Source of the DNA: Lama guanicoe
Lineage: Eukaryota
Direction: 5' to 3'
Assembly: GCA_013239625.1 (NCBI GenBank)
Contig: MU054391.1
Coordinates: 7,907,095-7,971,094, forward strand
DNA: 64,000 nt
The notes beneath the pieces were generated by a model. That model worked only from the letters and a program-made list of their open reading frames with translations. It searched no databases and was not told the origin of the DNA. The position numbers and the translations under genes are program-made. Below are positions 51,290 to 64,000 of this stretch, one piece after another (within the stretch, counting starts at the first letter, position 1; each line of letters starts with the position of its first letter).

Positions 51290-51555
51290 ACTAGATCCAG
51301 GGTAAGGACAGGGATTCTAAATTTCTTACAAACTCCCAGCTGATGCTGGTGTCAGTGGTCTGTGGACCACACTGAGTAGGAGAGTGCAGGAGACAGAGTG
51401 CTAGATTGGAATTTGGGACTCGAGTGTATTCTTTTGAGTTTGTTACAAATTGCCTGTGTGACCTTAGGGCATCCTTTCTTATTTCTAGGTCTCTGGTTGC
51501 CCACTTGGAAATGGAGGGAGCTGGGCCAGCTACCTTCCAAGATCTTTTCTGATGT
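51290..51555. mobile_element. MER5-like fragment followed by MIR/MIR3
   Basis: acaaactcccagctgatgctggtg..ggtctgtggaccacactgagtag; then ctgtgtgaccttagggca...ccttccaagatc. Confidence 0.6.
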
Positions 51556-52149
51556 TGTTACTTGTTTGACTTGATTCTGGATTCTTACTGCTTCTAGTCC
51601 ATCCAAGAACTCCACTCAAGAGCAAAGACCAAAGCAAGCCTCAAGCTTAGGGGGTGAAAAGGAGGTGGGAACACATTAAGGGAAACAAAAGGCAGAGAGA
51701 CCCCTTTTTCCATCACCGTGAGTCTCGTCAACAGTGTGGTTGTATTAAAAACACTGATTAGTGTTCTAAGAAAATGTGAACATTGACCACGAAAGCCCCA
51801 CTGCTTTCTCCTCCATCACCCTGGACTTTTGTAAGGATGAAATGAGATCATGCAAGGTTGCGCATCGATACTGAATGGATGATGTTTGATACAGTCATAC
51901 TTTAGAATAGTATCCAGCCATTCAAAGGAGTGAGAACGGAATGGATTGACTTGGCAGGGATTTCCACAAAGTATTATTGACTGGAGAAGGACAGGAGTAG
52001 ACTGAGTGTGCATAGTATTATCCAGTCTTTGCAAAACGGTGCCATGTGTTCCAAATGCACCTGTGTACCTGTTCACAGGCCACCCGACTTAGAACTGCAC
52101 ACCAGGCCTCTCCACCCCTTCCCACTCCACCCGAGTGTTCCCACCCCAC

Positions 52150-52410
52150 TGCTCCGCTTTATTAGTCCTCCCACCACGTGTCTTTGGACACACTGTTCAC
52201 CGACTTCTGTGTTTATTGTCGACCTCCTCCCATCAGAATATAGAAGTTGCATGAGGTGTGGAATCTTCGTGGGGCTTTGTTTTTGTTGTTGTCGGTTTGT
52301 GTCTTCTTTTATCCATCCCTGCATCCTCTGCATTAGCATAATACTTGGTACACAATCGGTGCCTGTAAATGTATGTAAATTGGGCAACTACATGAGTTGA
52401 GTAAATGAAT
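52150..52410 (+). mobile_element. L2 3' terminus
   Basis: tttattgtcgacctcctcccatcagaatatagaagttgcatgagg...ttggtacacaatcggtgcc...ttgagtaaatgaat. Confidence 0.7.
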
Positions 52411-54106
52411 ATGTATGAAAATGGAGGAAAGTATGGGAGGAATAACATGAGGTGAGAGGCACGAAGGGGCAGAGTTAAAGGAAAGAGGAAAAAACAAGCT
52501 GCATTAGCAACGGGATGGTGTTTATGCGTCCGTGAGTGTACCTGTGGTTGTGCTGTGTCACTCAGAACAAGGATGAGGAATGGACCCCCTCGGACATCTG
52601 GAAGATGTTCCGTCAGTGTACTTCCTTCACCTCTCGGTTCCATGTGATCTCAGGATTTGAAAGGAGTGACTTAGTGGTGACGCTGGTAACAGAATCCCCT
52701 GTCTCTGCGCTGTCTCCCCCAGAGCCTACTGCCTGAAAGTCAAAGATGTGGCTTCTGGTCCGCATGTTGCCACCATGAAGGCATGTGGCTGGGGGCAGCT
52801 CAGTTCCATGCCCTGGGCCTTTGTTTGCTCACCTCTGCAGTAGAGCCAGTGACAGTGTTCTAAGTGCCGCCCAGGTTTTTGTGAAGACAGTGGAGACAGT
52901 ACCGTCCTCCTGCTCTGAGCTCTTCTCCTCGGTCTCTGATCCACTTTCTGGCCCGCGCTGTGGTTACACGCGCCCCTGGGGAGCTCACGTTCAGATGAAC
53001 GGCAGTCTACAAGCAGTGACACCACCTGCCTGATCTGTCTGGGAAGCGTCTTCACAGGAAGGCTGGGGATGGCGTCTTATCCCTGAATTGTCAGCACCCA
53101 GCCAAGGGCCTGGGTCAGAGCAGGGGCCAGTTATCCTCTGGGATCACCTCATTTCTCCAGAATTCAGGTAAATTTGGCTCAAACACCCAGTCTCATGACT
53201 TGGAACAGTCCAGACTCCTGCAGATAAATCTGAGAATTCTGGCCTTTCTTCCTACTGCTTACCCCTGTTTCTCCTCTGGTGTTTCATCTACTATCTTGGT
53301 GTTACATGCTCCAAACTGAGTCCAAAATTCTACCCCTTAACTAATCCCTGTTAAAAAGTGAAAACCACTAGAGCTGAGGCTACCATGGAGCCAGTAAATG
53401 TTTCTGAAGATTTAGGTAGCCTCCTCTTGCCTACGTAACTTTGGAAATCCTTAAAGACACCACGTTTTCCGATGGAAAGACTCCCAACCCCAGCGTTTCA
53501 GCCTTCGATTTTCCAGCTGTGCCTAGTTCACCGGAAAGTGTTCACTTCTTTGCCAGGTTCTTGTATCTCCCCAAACAATCTAGTAATTCCAGCAAATGAA
53601 ATCTGTCCAGCCCCCAGGCGTTTATACCAAATCACCAGGATGGTCTTTTCACAGTCATGTATTAACCTGAACAAAGTTCCAGGTGCTTCCCATGGGACAA
53701 CAGATATGGCACTACCCTTAATCCCTATGGATGGAGACAGACTTTGCATAAATAATACCGACCTGACATGTTACTTCAAGTACAATCAGAGAGATTAACA
53801 CAAATAAAGTGCAATCTGTCTAAAGCAAACAAATATTAACCTTCGGGAGCAACATACATTAGTGAGCTCATTGATGTGTCCAGTATTCACTGACTAGGCA
53901 TTTGCTGGGAATGTCCACTTCTGTGCTATAGGCTGGTGACCCTGAGGTGACTTCACCTGCTGTTAGGAGATAAGATATGCACCCAAATCCTTTTAATATC
54001 AGTTAGAAACTGTTAATATCATGGAACAGAAGCAAAACGTGCTGTGGAGTTCAGAAGCGGAGGAACACCATTATGGACACGTCTATGCTGAGGCTGTGGG
54101 GGAAGG

Positions 54107-54478
54107 TGTATCTGTCTGCTCGGGCCGCCGTGACAGAACACTGCAGACTGCATAACTTATACAACAGAAAGTTATCTCTTACAGTTCTGGAGGCCGGAAG
54201 TCCAAGATCAAGGTGCTGGCTGATTCAGTTCCTGGTGAGGACCCTCTTCATGGGCTTGTAGGTGGCCACCTCCTTGCTGTGTCCTCACCTGGTAGAAAGA
54301 GTGTGAACAAGCTCTCAGGTGTCTCCTCTTATAAGGACACTAATCTTATCAGATCAGGGCCCCATCCTTACAACCTCACTGAACCTTAATTACCTCCATA
54401 AATACCTTATTTCCAAATATAGTCACATTGAGGGTGGGACCTTTAACATTTGAATTTGGGGACATTCAGTCTATAACA
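54107..54478 (-). mobile_element. MLT1A/B-like MaLR solo LTR with 5-bp TSD
   Basis: TG...CA termini; acagttctggaggccggaagtccaagatcaaggtg; ttataaggacactaatc; TSD gaagg (54102-54106) / gatgg (54479-54483). Confidence 0.92.
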
Positions 54479-57400
54479 GATGGTATCTTGAAAAACTTCC
54501 TAAAAGGGTATTTTGTGGTAAAGGTATTTCAGGACAAAGGAAGAGGAAGAAAATTATGATAATAATAGAATAACACTTGCATCCTATGTTCCTGTGAGGA
54601 CCCCAATGGACGCCACTTTCCAATTCCAACAACAGTATCAATGGGTGAGCCTTATAGCCCTCATGTAACAGACAAGAAAACTGAGCTCTGAAGTGGCTTG
54701 TATAGCAGATCATTCCACTAGTTAATTGGTAGAGAGAAGGCTGAGCTCAGGTTTAACTGTTATAAACTAGCACTGCCATGTTCAAAACTCTTTAAAAATG
54801 TTCTTTGTGCAAATACTGAGCACAGCCATCCCTAGGTTCCTGGGTGGACCCTGGAGCTTAACTTTTAGGAGCAGGGGAAAAGCCAGGGCTCTCCTTGAGT
54901 CTTTCAACTGCCTTTTACTTGTTCAGAGTATAAGGAGTCAACATACATGAACCCCAAGGATCTCCCCTTAATTTTACTTTCACGCCAGCACAATAGGTGA
55001 TAAAGCTTTCTCCTGGAATCTAAATAGCTTTTTTTTTTTTTGTCAGCCCACAGGCTTTTAAGCCAAATGTGCACTCCTAGAAGCAATTCCTCAGACTTGG
55101 TTGGGTGGAGGGAGACAGCTAAATGCTTCTCTACCATTTCTTATCTGACAAATTGGGTTTCCTATAAAAAAAAGGGGGGAAAAAATCCTAACAGTGATTC
55201 ATTTCCTGTTTCTATACTTTTCTCAACTTTCTGAGGAGTAGTTAAGTTTCTTTTCTCCCTCCCTTCCTGTTATTCTTATTGTGCATTAAAATTCAACTTG
55301 AAGTCTCTAAGTGTGCTGGGGCCGGGGCCGCAGTGACAGGAGTCAGTGTTGGCGGGTGTATATTTCACAAATGGAACAGATGACATCATGTGTCCTTGAA
55401 TCTTTTACTTGATCTTCTGAGATTCAATTTCTCCTCTGATAGCAGAGAGATAAACATACCTTCCTTACAAGATTGTTTTGGGGAAAGAAAAATGCATAAA
55501 AACTGCCTAGCATGATAAACACAAAGTAGATACTCAAAAACTGGTCCTTAGTATTATAGTTTCCATAATGGCCACTTCAAAATCTGAGCATCACTCGTCA
55601 TGTATTTTATGGTTTAACGTTGATTCTCAGAAGGTAATACAGACATGCGTTGTTGAATCTGAAATTAGTGTATTTAGATTGGCTTGAACTTGGCTGTTCA
55701 CAGCCTGTAAGTACTGACAGCAGGGGGATGGTTGGGCTCCTATTTCCTGGACACCACCACCGCTCCGTAATATGCTGTCTCGCTCAATCCTTCCATTAAC
55801 GTCATGAAGTTACAGATGAAGAGATCAAGCTTTCCAGCCACACATCTAGCGGCTGCATCTTCAGGATTCCGACTGTGTTTGAGTCTAATTGCTTCTGTCT
55901 GACTCGAGAGCACACGCTCTTTGTATGGCAGAGCGTGACTGTCAGCAAAGACTTCACTCTCTGGAAGAGCTCTCCCATGCTTTGTGTGGAGGTGGGCTGA
56001 CATGGGGTGGACGCCCTCCTCTAGGAGCCACAGACTGCACTCACAGACCCAGCTCTGCTGCTAATGTGGTGGTGACCTTGGGAAGCCACTGAATTTCCCT
56101 CTCCTCTTCTGCAAAGGGAGGAGGTTGAACTAGATGACTTTCAAGATCTCTTCTCGCCCTAAGGTGAGGATGTGAGTTAGCTCATCCTTCAAGCGTATCC
56201 AGCTGCCAAAGCAAACATGTCAAGGCTCCAGGTGTCTTTAGTTTCAAAGAGTAAGAGCAAAGGAGGAGGAGGAGGAACACCCTCTGAGAGCCGGGGCTGT
56301 CCCTGCTCCGGCGCTGGTTGTCACCCATCACAGCCACCCGCCTCGAGGTGCTGTAATCCTCCTCATAAGCCTGTTTCCTGAAAGTCAAAACCTGGGGATC
56401 ATCTCACATCAAAGGCAATTTTTAAAGGGGCTGGTGAAACAACACAAGCACTCTTCAAAGAAAAGGAATGACCTCGTCCTGGAAATCACCTCCTTCATTC
56501 GGTAAGAAGTTTGCCAAGATGATTGGTCATGTGCAAGATGTGATGAAGGTTAATGGGCAGATCCAGCTTGAGAGGTGTGTCTTGCTTTATGAAGGTGATC
56601 ATGGTAGACTGGGGAAAACGAGGGGTTTGCAGTCAAATGGGTGTTGCTCTCCTGGCTTGCCCCCCTGCTAGCTGTGTAACCTTGGGGTAGGTCCATGGGC
56701 TTTTCTGAGACTCAGTTTACATATATGTATGATAGGATTACAGATATCTCTCTTCCATGATTTAAAGTTAACTTATGTGAAGCTCTAGACAAAATGTGGC
56801 TCAATGAATATTAGGGCACACTGAGAAACAGAGTGAGTCTTTAGGGATTTTTATATGGTAATAATCCTCAGGATCACATCTCCCTACATGATTTCCACCC
56901 TTCCTGTAACCTTCCACCTTCAGCCTTCGCAGGACTTCTGGGGCTGGAAGGAGGCCAGCCCACACTGTCACTTGGGGGAGCCTGAGCTGGAGCTCGGATT
57001 CTGAAACGTGAGTCTGGGATGCCTGGAGCCCTATGGAGGAGACTGGCTGTGAGCTGTGAACCCATGTAGTAAGGCAAGGCAGCTGTGCCATGATTAAAGA
57101 CCAAAGGTGCCAACACTGGAGAGGATGGAAGACATCTTGGATGCCAAAGGAGCAAAGCAAGGAAGATGAAGAAAAGGGATAAGAGAGTGAAAAAGTTTTA
57201 GTCAAAAGTCACTCTCCAGTGCACTTATAATTTGAATAAAGTGTTATTTTATACCTCTTCTTCAAGGTGGTCATTGCTCACAGGTCAGACCACTTCCTTT
57301 CCTAATATTTGGTAATGCCTTTCTTCCCCAGTGACCTGCCCAGCCTTTCCTGTCAGAGAAGAACATGATGGAAGGGACTGTTTTAGCAAATTGTCCTAGT

Positions 57401-58111
57401 AGGAACTAGGCATTGCTTTTCTGCTGGGAACATGAATTTTAGGGATGGGAAGATGTGGTTCATGGTGGGAATGGGACTAAGCCTGGGAATATTCTGGAAA
57501 ATGTAGTCCATTGTGCCCTGCGGTCACCTAAAAGGGACAGAAGTCTCTGAAAACAAATCAAGTTGATTTACGGAGTATAGAAAAGAACAAAGGGAAAACA
57601 AGAGGTCCACTGGACTTAAGGAAAGGGAACATTTATGCTGTTCTGGGACTAACAATTTGCAAAGGAAGTTGTTGCAAATTAAATGTGGACAAGATTGAGT
57701 TAAAAAGGGATTTTTGTCCTAGGCAACTATGACTTGTAATGTTTCTATATTGCTGTTTTTGGAGTGAATACAATCAGATATGTCAGAGATAAGTTGAGTT
57801 AAACATGAGCAGGATCTTAATTTGATATGAGTCATTTTTCTTTGCTGATTGCATCTGATCTGCATGCTTCTGGGCATGGCTGAGTTCTGAGTTACAAGGG
57901 CTGGGTGGGTCTTTCTTGGTTTTCTCCCTTTTTCTCTGTGGAGCTCTAAATTTCAAAGGGCTATCTAAGAGGTGACATATGGCAGAGTCTCCAAGTCCCC
58001 CTACTCTCGGCTCAACCAGAAGGGCTCCATTTATATCTGTTCCATAGAAGAGGCTCCCACCTACAGTTTCATTGAGCAGGAGATTTAAAAATCACCACCC
58101 TAAATGGATTC

Positions 58112-58305
58112 TAGACAACACTGTTCAACAAAACCTTCTGTGATGATGGATATCTTCTATCCTGTCTAAATAATCACCACCAGCCACACGTGGCTATGAA
58201 ACACTTGAAATCTGGCTAGTATAAATGAGGAACTAAATCTGAATTGTGTTTAATTTTAATTAACTTAGATTGAAGCTGTCACGTGTCTAGGGACTATGTA
58301 CCAGT
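58112..58305. mobile_element. MER3-like hAT-Charlie MITE
   Basis: ccttctgtgatgatgga...cagccacacgtggctatgaaacacttgaaatctggctagt...gaggaactaaat. Confidence 0.8.
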
Positions 58306-59051
58306 CCGCTCATCCCTAAGGAGTGCTGATGACTGAGTTGATTTTGCTTTCACTCTGCAGCTGGAGTCAACAGCATGTCACCCAAGGCAAGGAGGTGTGG
58401 AGCAGCACAGTGTGTAGGGAGGAGGTGCGCGTATCTCAGTAGGGCTGGGCCAAAGGGTGTAATGATGTCTGTAGACAGGGAGAAAGGTAGGCAAGAGCTT
58501 TGGGCCAGGTCCTTGAAATTAAGGCTTTACCTACTAAGCCAAAGAGGAGTATCCAGTCAAGGCTTTGTCTGCTGTTTAGCTGTGGGAGAGGGCTGCCTGA
58601 AGTGAGCTACGGCCTGTGGCAGAAAGATTAAACAGGGAGGGAGCTGAAGGCAGGGTCACCCCGCTCTCTGTCTCTCTTTCTACTCCGTAGCCTCTTGTTA
58701 CTTCTCTACCTTGGCCAAATCAAATAGGGGATCCAGAAGTAAGGAGTTCTGGTCGCTGCAGTCCCTAGAATGCAGCTTCTTGGGCTACGGAGCCTGATGG
58801 AGAGGGGTGAGGAGTGGCCCTAGAGGGGCCCGGAGTGAACACACAGCCCATGGGCTGCACGGCAGAAAGATGGAGAACACAGACCAGAAAATCGGGGTGT
58901 CCACTCAAACTTGGAAAGAAGAGGTCTAATTCTTCTTTCAATTACACTTCATTAAAGTGGAATGGTAAAGATGGAAGTCAGATGACATGGGGTAAAGGAA
59001 CGATTTTTAGGGATGCAAGAGATGAACCTAAATTGCCTTTTCAAGCAAAAA

Positions 59052-59654
59052 TGGGGCAGATTATATTCTTCAAAGATGGTTGTAACCATGTCTCCCATTC
59101 TGCATGCCCTTCTTACAGTGTGACTATGGCCCTCTTCCCGTCTGAGAGGTAGAGTCTGTTTCCTACTCTTGAATCAAAGCAGGTTTCCAACCATGGTGGA
59201 ATGATGCCCAGTGACCTCTGCAGCGGGATCACAAAATACCATTCAGCTTCCATGTGGCTCTTCTGGGATTTTTGCTCTTGGAACCCAGCTGTCATATAAA
59301 AGGAAGCCTAATCTTGTCCATATGGAGACACAATGTGGAGCGGCCACATGGAACAGCCCCAGTTGATACCCACGCTGGTTCCAGCCAACCCCAGCCTCAA
59401 CCAGCGGACATATGGGTAGAGAAACCTCAAGGCGACTCCAGTTCCCCAGGCATGGAGTCACACTCTCTGTTCCCCTCCCGCTATCATTCAACTTTTTCCA
59501 GCTAAATCCCCAGATTTTGTAGAACAGAGACAAATCCTCCCAACTCCGCCCTGTATGAGCTGACTCACAGAATCCAGGAACATCACAAAACGATTTTTTT
59601 TTTGAGACCATTGCAGTTTGGGATAATCTGTTACATGGCCAAAGTAACTAGAAC
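59052..59654 (+). mobile_element. MLT1F/G/H-like MaLR LTR
   Basis: tggggcagattatattcttcaaagatgg...gaggtagagtctgtttcc...ttggaacccagctgtcat...gtttgggataatctgttacatggc..agtaactagaaca. Confidence 0.82.
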
Positions 59655-61894
59655 ATTAATTATATTTAGTATAACTGAGGGAAGGTCACTTTAAGGAAAA
59701 TCTTCTTTTTGGCAGAAGGACGTCCAACTCATTCCTGAAGATCTTCTCCTGACTCTTTAAGTTGCAAGCAAGGAAGAATGAGCAGGTCGCAGAGACAGGA
59801 ATAGGGGTGAGAAAGGGAGAGGAGCATGGACTTGGAGGAGGTAGGGAGTCCCTGGTTGTTCTGCAAGGAAAAGGGGTACTTCCCCTCCCAGCAAATGGCA
59901 AACGGGAGGCGCAAGAGCAAGTAAGAAGGCACAGCGGGAAGAAGAGAAAACGCCTCTTGGAAATTGGTACAGCCTTGTGATCAAGAAGTCGAGCTTTGTA
60001 TGGAGCAAAGCTTGGTTTGGATCCTGCCTGACGAAAGCCAAGTTACCTCTGGGCCTCCATGTTCTCATCTGGAAAATTGGTGTAGTAAAACATGTCACAT
60101 CGTGTATTGTGATGAGTCATACATGTGGAAGTGCTTTATAAATCATAAAGGGTTGTCCATGATTGATTCTCAATATGCCTACAACCACGAGCTCTGGCAC
60201 TTCGTATAAACGGTGCAGAATGAGTATCTCAGTTAGTACTGCTGTACAGGATAGAGACTCTGCTTATGTTGCAAACTCTTGTAATAAACCAGTCTCTCCT
60301 ATGGCTTAGCACTACATAAATAGCTAAGGGGAAGTGGTTTAATCCATCCTTCCAAACCACTTTTTCAAAAATCTCAGTAAGAATGATCTATCAAGGAGCC
60401 AGTTTAAAAACTTCAGAGTGCCTTGAAGATAACGGAGCAGTCAGCTAATGCATCTGACGCGCTTGTTCATGCAAGTGATGAGTGGAAACAAAAACAATTT
60501 GTTTGTGTGAATGGAGTGGGCTTGTCTTCCCTGCAGTGTGATTCACCAAATTCCTGAGCCAGTCAAATTGGAAGAATAGAAATGTGAGGTTTGGGATGAC
60601 TTTGGGTTGTGTTCGGTAAAACAAAACGAATCTGTGCAGGTATAATTTTATATGATTTTTCTGAAACCTGAGGGGGGACGTGCTTCATTTTTTCCTATTT
60701 ATTTTAAATAAGTGGCTTTTGAAACTGGCGTGGTTTGGTCTATGAACACAGAGAAGGGATGGCCCACTTTCCTTCCACGCCTCCGCCCACCCAGCCTCTA
60801 AATCAGTGTGAGCTCGTCACTGCCATGCACGTGGGCAGCAACTCGTTCTTGGTTCAAGGAGAGAAAGAAGCCCAGGCGAATAGAGGGGCTGTTTAGCAAG
60901 TTGCAGGACTTGAAGTCTTGCATTTTTAATAACCCCCCAAAAATGTAACAAAGTCAATTATTGTTAAGATAGAATAGAGTCCATCACACTTGGTTATTGT
61001 CACATGGTGCTTGTCACCCACTGCAAACTCGGTAGTTGTTTTGTGAAAAATCTGTTTCCAACAGGGATCTCCAGCGAGGTCAGTGGCAATGTTTTATCAC
61101 ATCAGTTTTGACTTGCTCGATAGCATGTGCTCATCCGATCTCTGCCATGAATTTAGAAATCAGAGTGCTTAACAATGCGTATGATCAAGGGTAGAGAAGA
61201 ATCATCTGATAATAAAGATCGGCAAAATATTTTAAAAACATTTTAAAAATTGCTGCTATTGGATATTTTTGTGAGGCATCAATGGGAGAAGAGCAGGAAC
61301 CCTAACTCAGTTTGGCTGTTTGATATGTTCTCTTTGAACTTGATTTACTCAACTTTCATTTCATTCTGCACCATGTGTTGTGCTGTGAAGTACTCTTGAC
61401 CTACCACTATTAAACTGATTTTGTGGTGATATTCCTTTCTATGCTAGTATTTGGGGTCGCTGGGGACAATTGGAAGCCACCACAAAGAGACAAGGTGAAA
61501 ATCAGTGAGCTGCAGTGTTCCCACGCATGATTTATATTTATAGATATTGGAAGTGAGCTGAGTCATCCAGAGATGCAGGAAGTACTGAGGGTCTAGGACA
61601 CAGGGACAATAGTATCCCTGTCTTGGATGCTGCTTCCTTTGCCTTCTTTCCTGGCCTGGGAAAGCAGAAATCTCATCCTTTGACCTGCAAACTTCATAAA
61701 AATATTCCTTGGGAAACATCAGGAATCGTGAAAACAAAGTTAATCATTAGGTCTGTCTTGGTGTCTGAACATATGCTCAGCTAGGTGTATTGGCCAGCTG
61801 TGGAGGTATATGAACAAACACATCAGTATCTTTAAGAACTGCATTTACTGAACATCTGTTATGTGCTTGAATCTACTGTATTCATTCATAGGCT

Positions 61895-62303
61895 TGTACC
61901 AGATAGAATTTCAAAGAGGTTTACTTGATACGAATATTTTGTCAAGTGAGAAACTCTTCCAAAACAAGGAGACTTCAAACCCCAAAGTGGCATGAAGCTC
62001 AGAAGTGTATCATTATAGGATGGCTTATAAAGGGGGAATGAGGAAGTTAGCCTTTTCTATGATTTTACCATGACATGGGGATTTCCAGATGGTAGAGGAC
62101 TGGCTGAAAGATTATTTTATGCCATTTTAGGAGACAGCGTAGGTTTCATTTACAATTATTAGAGGCATTTAGAAGACATAACCTAAGTAAAATATTGTTT
62201 ACATCCATGAAATGACCTAGATTAAATTTTGCTTATGTGGCTTGACTAGTTTTATCTGCTCAGGGGAATCCTCAAGTCGTCACCATTTTATTTGATTTTA
62301 ACA
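61895..62303 (-). mobile_element. ERV1-class solo LTR (MER67/MER90/MER110-like)
   Basis: Minus strand begins tgttaaaatcaaataaaatgg...ccctgagcagataaaactagtcaagcc, a typical start for this LTR group, and ends ...ggtaca. Confidence 0.6.
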
Positions 62304-62393
62304 CCTATCTGATCTCTATGCATATGTAAAAATCCAATTAACTGACTGGCTAATCTTCACACATTTATGCCTTGGCAAACTTTACATACATAG

Positions 62394-62992
62394 TGTCTTA
62401 GGCAGACTAATGGCTCCCAAAGTGTCCACAGTCTAATCCTTGGAGTCTGTGATGATGTTGCATTCCATGGTAAAAGAGACTTTGCAGATATGATTAAGGT
62501 TTTTGAATTCAAGAGAGGTAGATGATCCTGGATTATCTGGGTAGACCCAATCAAATTATAGTATACCTTACAACAGATAACTTTCTCATGTTGGAGTTAA
62601 AGAGATGCAGCAGCAGAAGTCAGAGAGATTCAAAGCACGGGATGGACTTGACCCACCATTGTTGGAGGTGGGCCACATGGAACGTATGAGCGGAAAGGCA
62701 TGTGACCTCTAGGAGCAAGAGGCTGGGAATCCCAGCCCTACAACTGCAATGGCCCCGTTCAGTCAATAACCAGAGTGATCTCGGAAGCAGTGTTTTTCCC
62801 CAGAGCTTTCAAAACGGAGCCTGAACACCTTGATTTTGGCCTTGTGAGACTCTACGCAGAGGAGAAGAGAAACCACCTTGTACCTCGACTTCTGACAGTT
62901 CTCACAGAGCTGCGAGTTAATAGATGGGTATTGTTTTAAGCTGCTAAATTTGATGTAATTTGTTATGGCAGCAATGGAAAATTAATGCATAC
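62394..62992 (+). mobile_element. MLT1D/E-like MaLR solo LTR
   Basis: ggcagactaatggctcccaaagtgtccaca...gactttgcagatatgattaagg...atcctggattatctgggt...ttgttttaagctgctaaatttg..gtaatttgttatggcagcaat. Confidence 0.88.
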
Positions 62993-64000
62993 AGTTTGAG
63001 ATTTGAGTTGAGTCGTGGATATACATATATATAAATATCTCCACTTTTCTACATTAAAATGCAGCCAATGAGACATCCACAGAATCTTTTCTAATTTTCT
63101 CCCAGTAATATAATTCTAAGATTCCATTTTACCATTATGTAATTTTAGCTCAAAAAACCCAAAGGCTGCAATTACTGAGGAGGGCTAATAAGATGCCTAA
63201 TGCATGCTACCTGAAGAAAATTGGACATGTTAATTTTCAGGGAGAATCTCCAGTGAATTCCCCAAGAAATTTCATTTTCTAGCACTTTTCGGCTCAAAGC
63301 AATTTTCAGTTTGGGGATCTGCAGCTGGTGCAATCAATTATATGATGGCTAGACCATCATTTTTCAGTGAAGAGTCCACCTCTGCCTCACTGGCAGTGGG
63401 ATTTAAGGAACCCAAGACATGTTGTCTTTCTGGATAAACAGTCGTCCATTATGGCGTTGAAACAATGCCATTGACTAGTACTTCTGTCTACTTTAGAGCT
63501 GCCCCCCCTCTGCCTTGGCTTCTCCCATGCTGTCTTCTGATGAAAGTATTTGTGTATGTGGTTTACCCCTTCTTCTACAGCCTATGTTGCTTCGTAGCAG
63601 AAAGTGAATCTCCCACATATTCATATTTCTGCAAGAGCCTAGAATCTGGCCTTTTAATAAATGCAAGACAATTTGTATAAAGATTGAAGGCTTTGCAAAC
63701 TCAGTCATCTAGTTCCCCTAGTACATGCCTGAGGCTTTGCTAGTTTCTAGGGAGGCCTTAACAAATCAGATCTATGTTTTCCACCCTCAAGGCACGCACA
63801 GGTTAATGGTGGTAGAGATGTACAAACTAAAGTTTGTGATACAACGTGACAAACATTATAATGGGTGAATATGCGGAGTATGAGCAGCACAAAGAGGAAA
63901 GAACTGGTACCTTCCGCGGGGAGGAGGGATGTCAAGGGTTTGCAGCAGAAGCAAAGTTCAAGGATCATCTTAAAGGATGTGAAGGTGGGATCCAGGGAAG

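Noticed and set aside
1..64000. Scattered AP-1 (TGAGTCA/TGACTCA) sites and short matches to known miRNA 5' ends
   Set aside because: The AP-1 count is near chance expectation for 64 kb. The miRNA-like matches stop after 9-11 nt and I saw no supporting hairpin.

Overview
Mammalian non-coding genomic DNA (intergenic or deep intronic), most likely from a camelid. That inference rests on a tRNA-Ala-derived Vic-1-type SINE with a clean target-site duplication (TSD), cetartiodactyl-type L1 3' ends, and my seeing no Alu, Bov-tA/BovB, PRE1, CAN or ERE elements. I find no convincing protein-coding exon. The only listed ORFs I recognise are two L1 ORF2 C-terminal fragments; the rest look like chance ORFs in repeats or low-complexity DNA. 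The window is a mosaic of ancient MIR/L2/CR1, MaLR (MLT1) and ERV LTRs, hAT and Tigger DNA transposons, younger L1 3' ends and microsatellites. The most notable structures are: (1) a ~1.7 kb fossil Tigger/pogo element whose broken transposase (CENP-B HTH plus DDE_1, JRK/TIGD2-like) is still readable but missed by the ORF track; (2) a near-perfect 293/292-bp tandem duplication and a 27-bp duplication inside it; (3) a ~333-bp, ~89%-identical direct duplication 8 kb apart that includes non-repeat sequence; (4) several compact immune-type motif clusters (overlapping GAS+ISRE, palindromic kB, tandem octamers). I do not see evidence for a new multi-gene biological system. Repeat family names come from recalled consensus resemblance, not from a search. 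Boundaries of old repeats are approximate.
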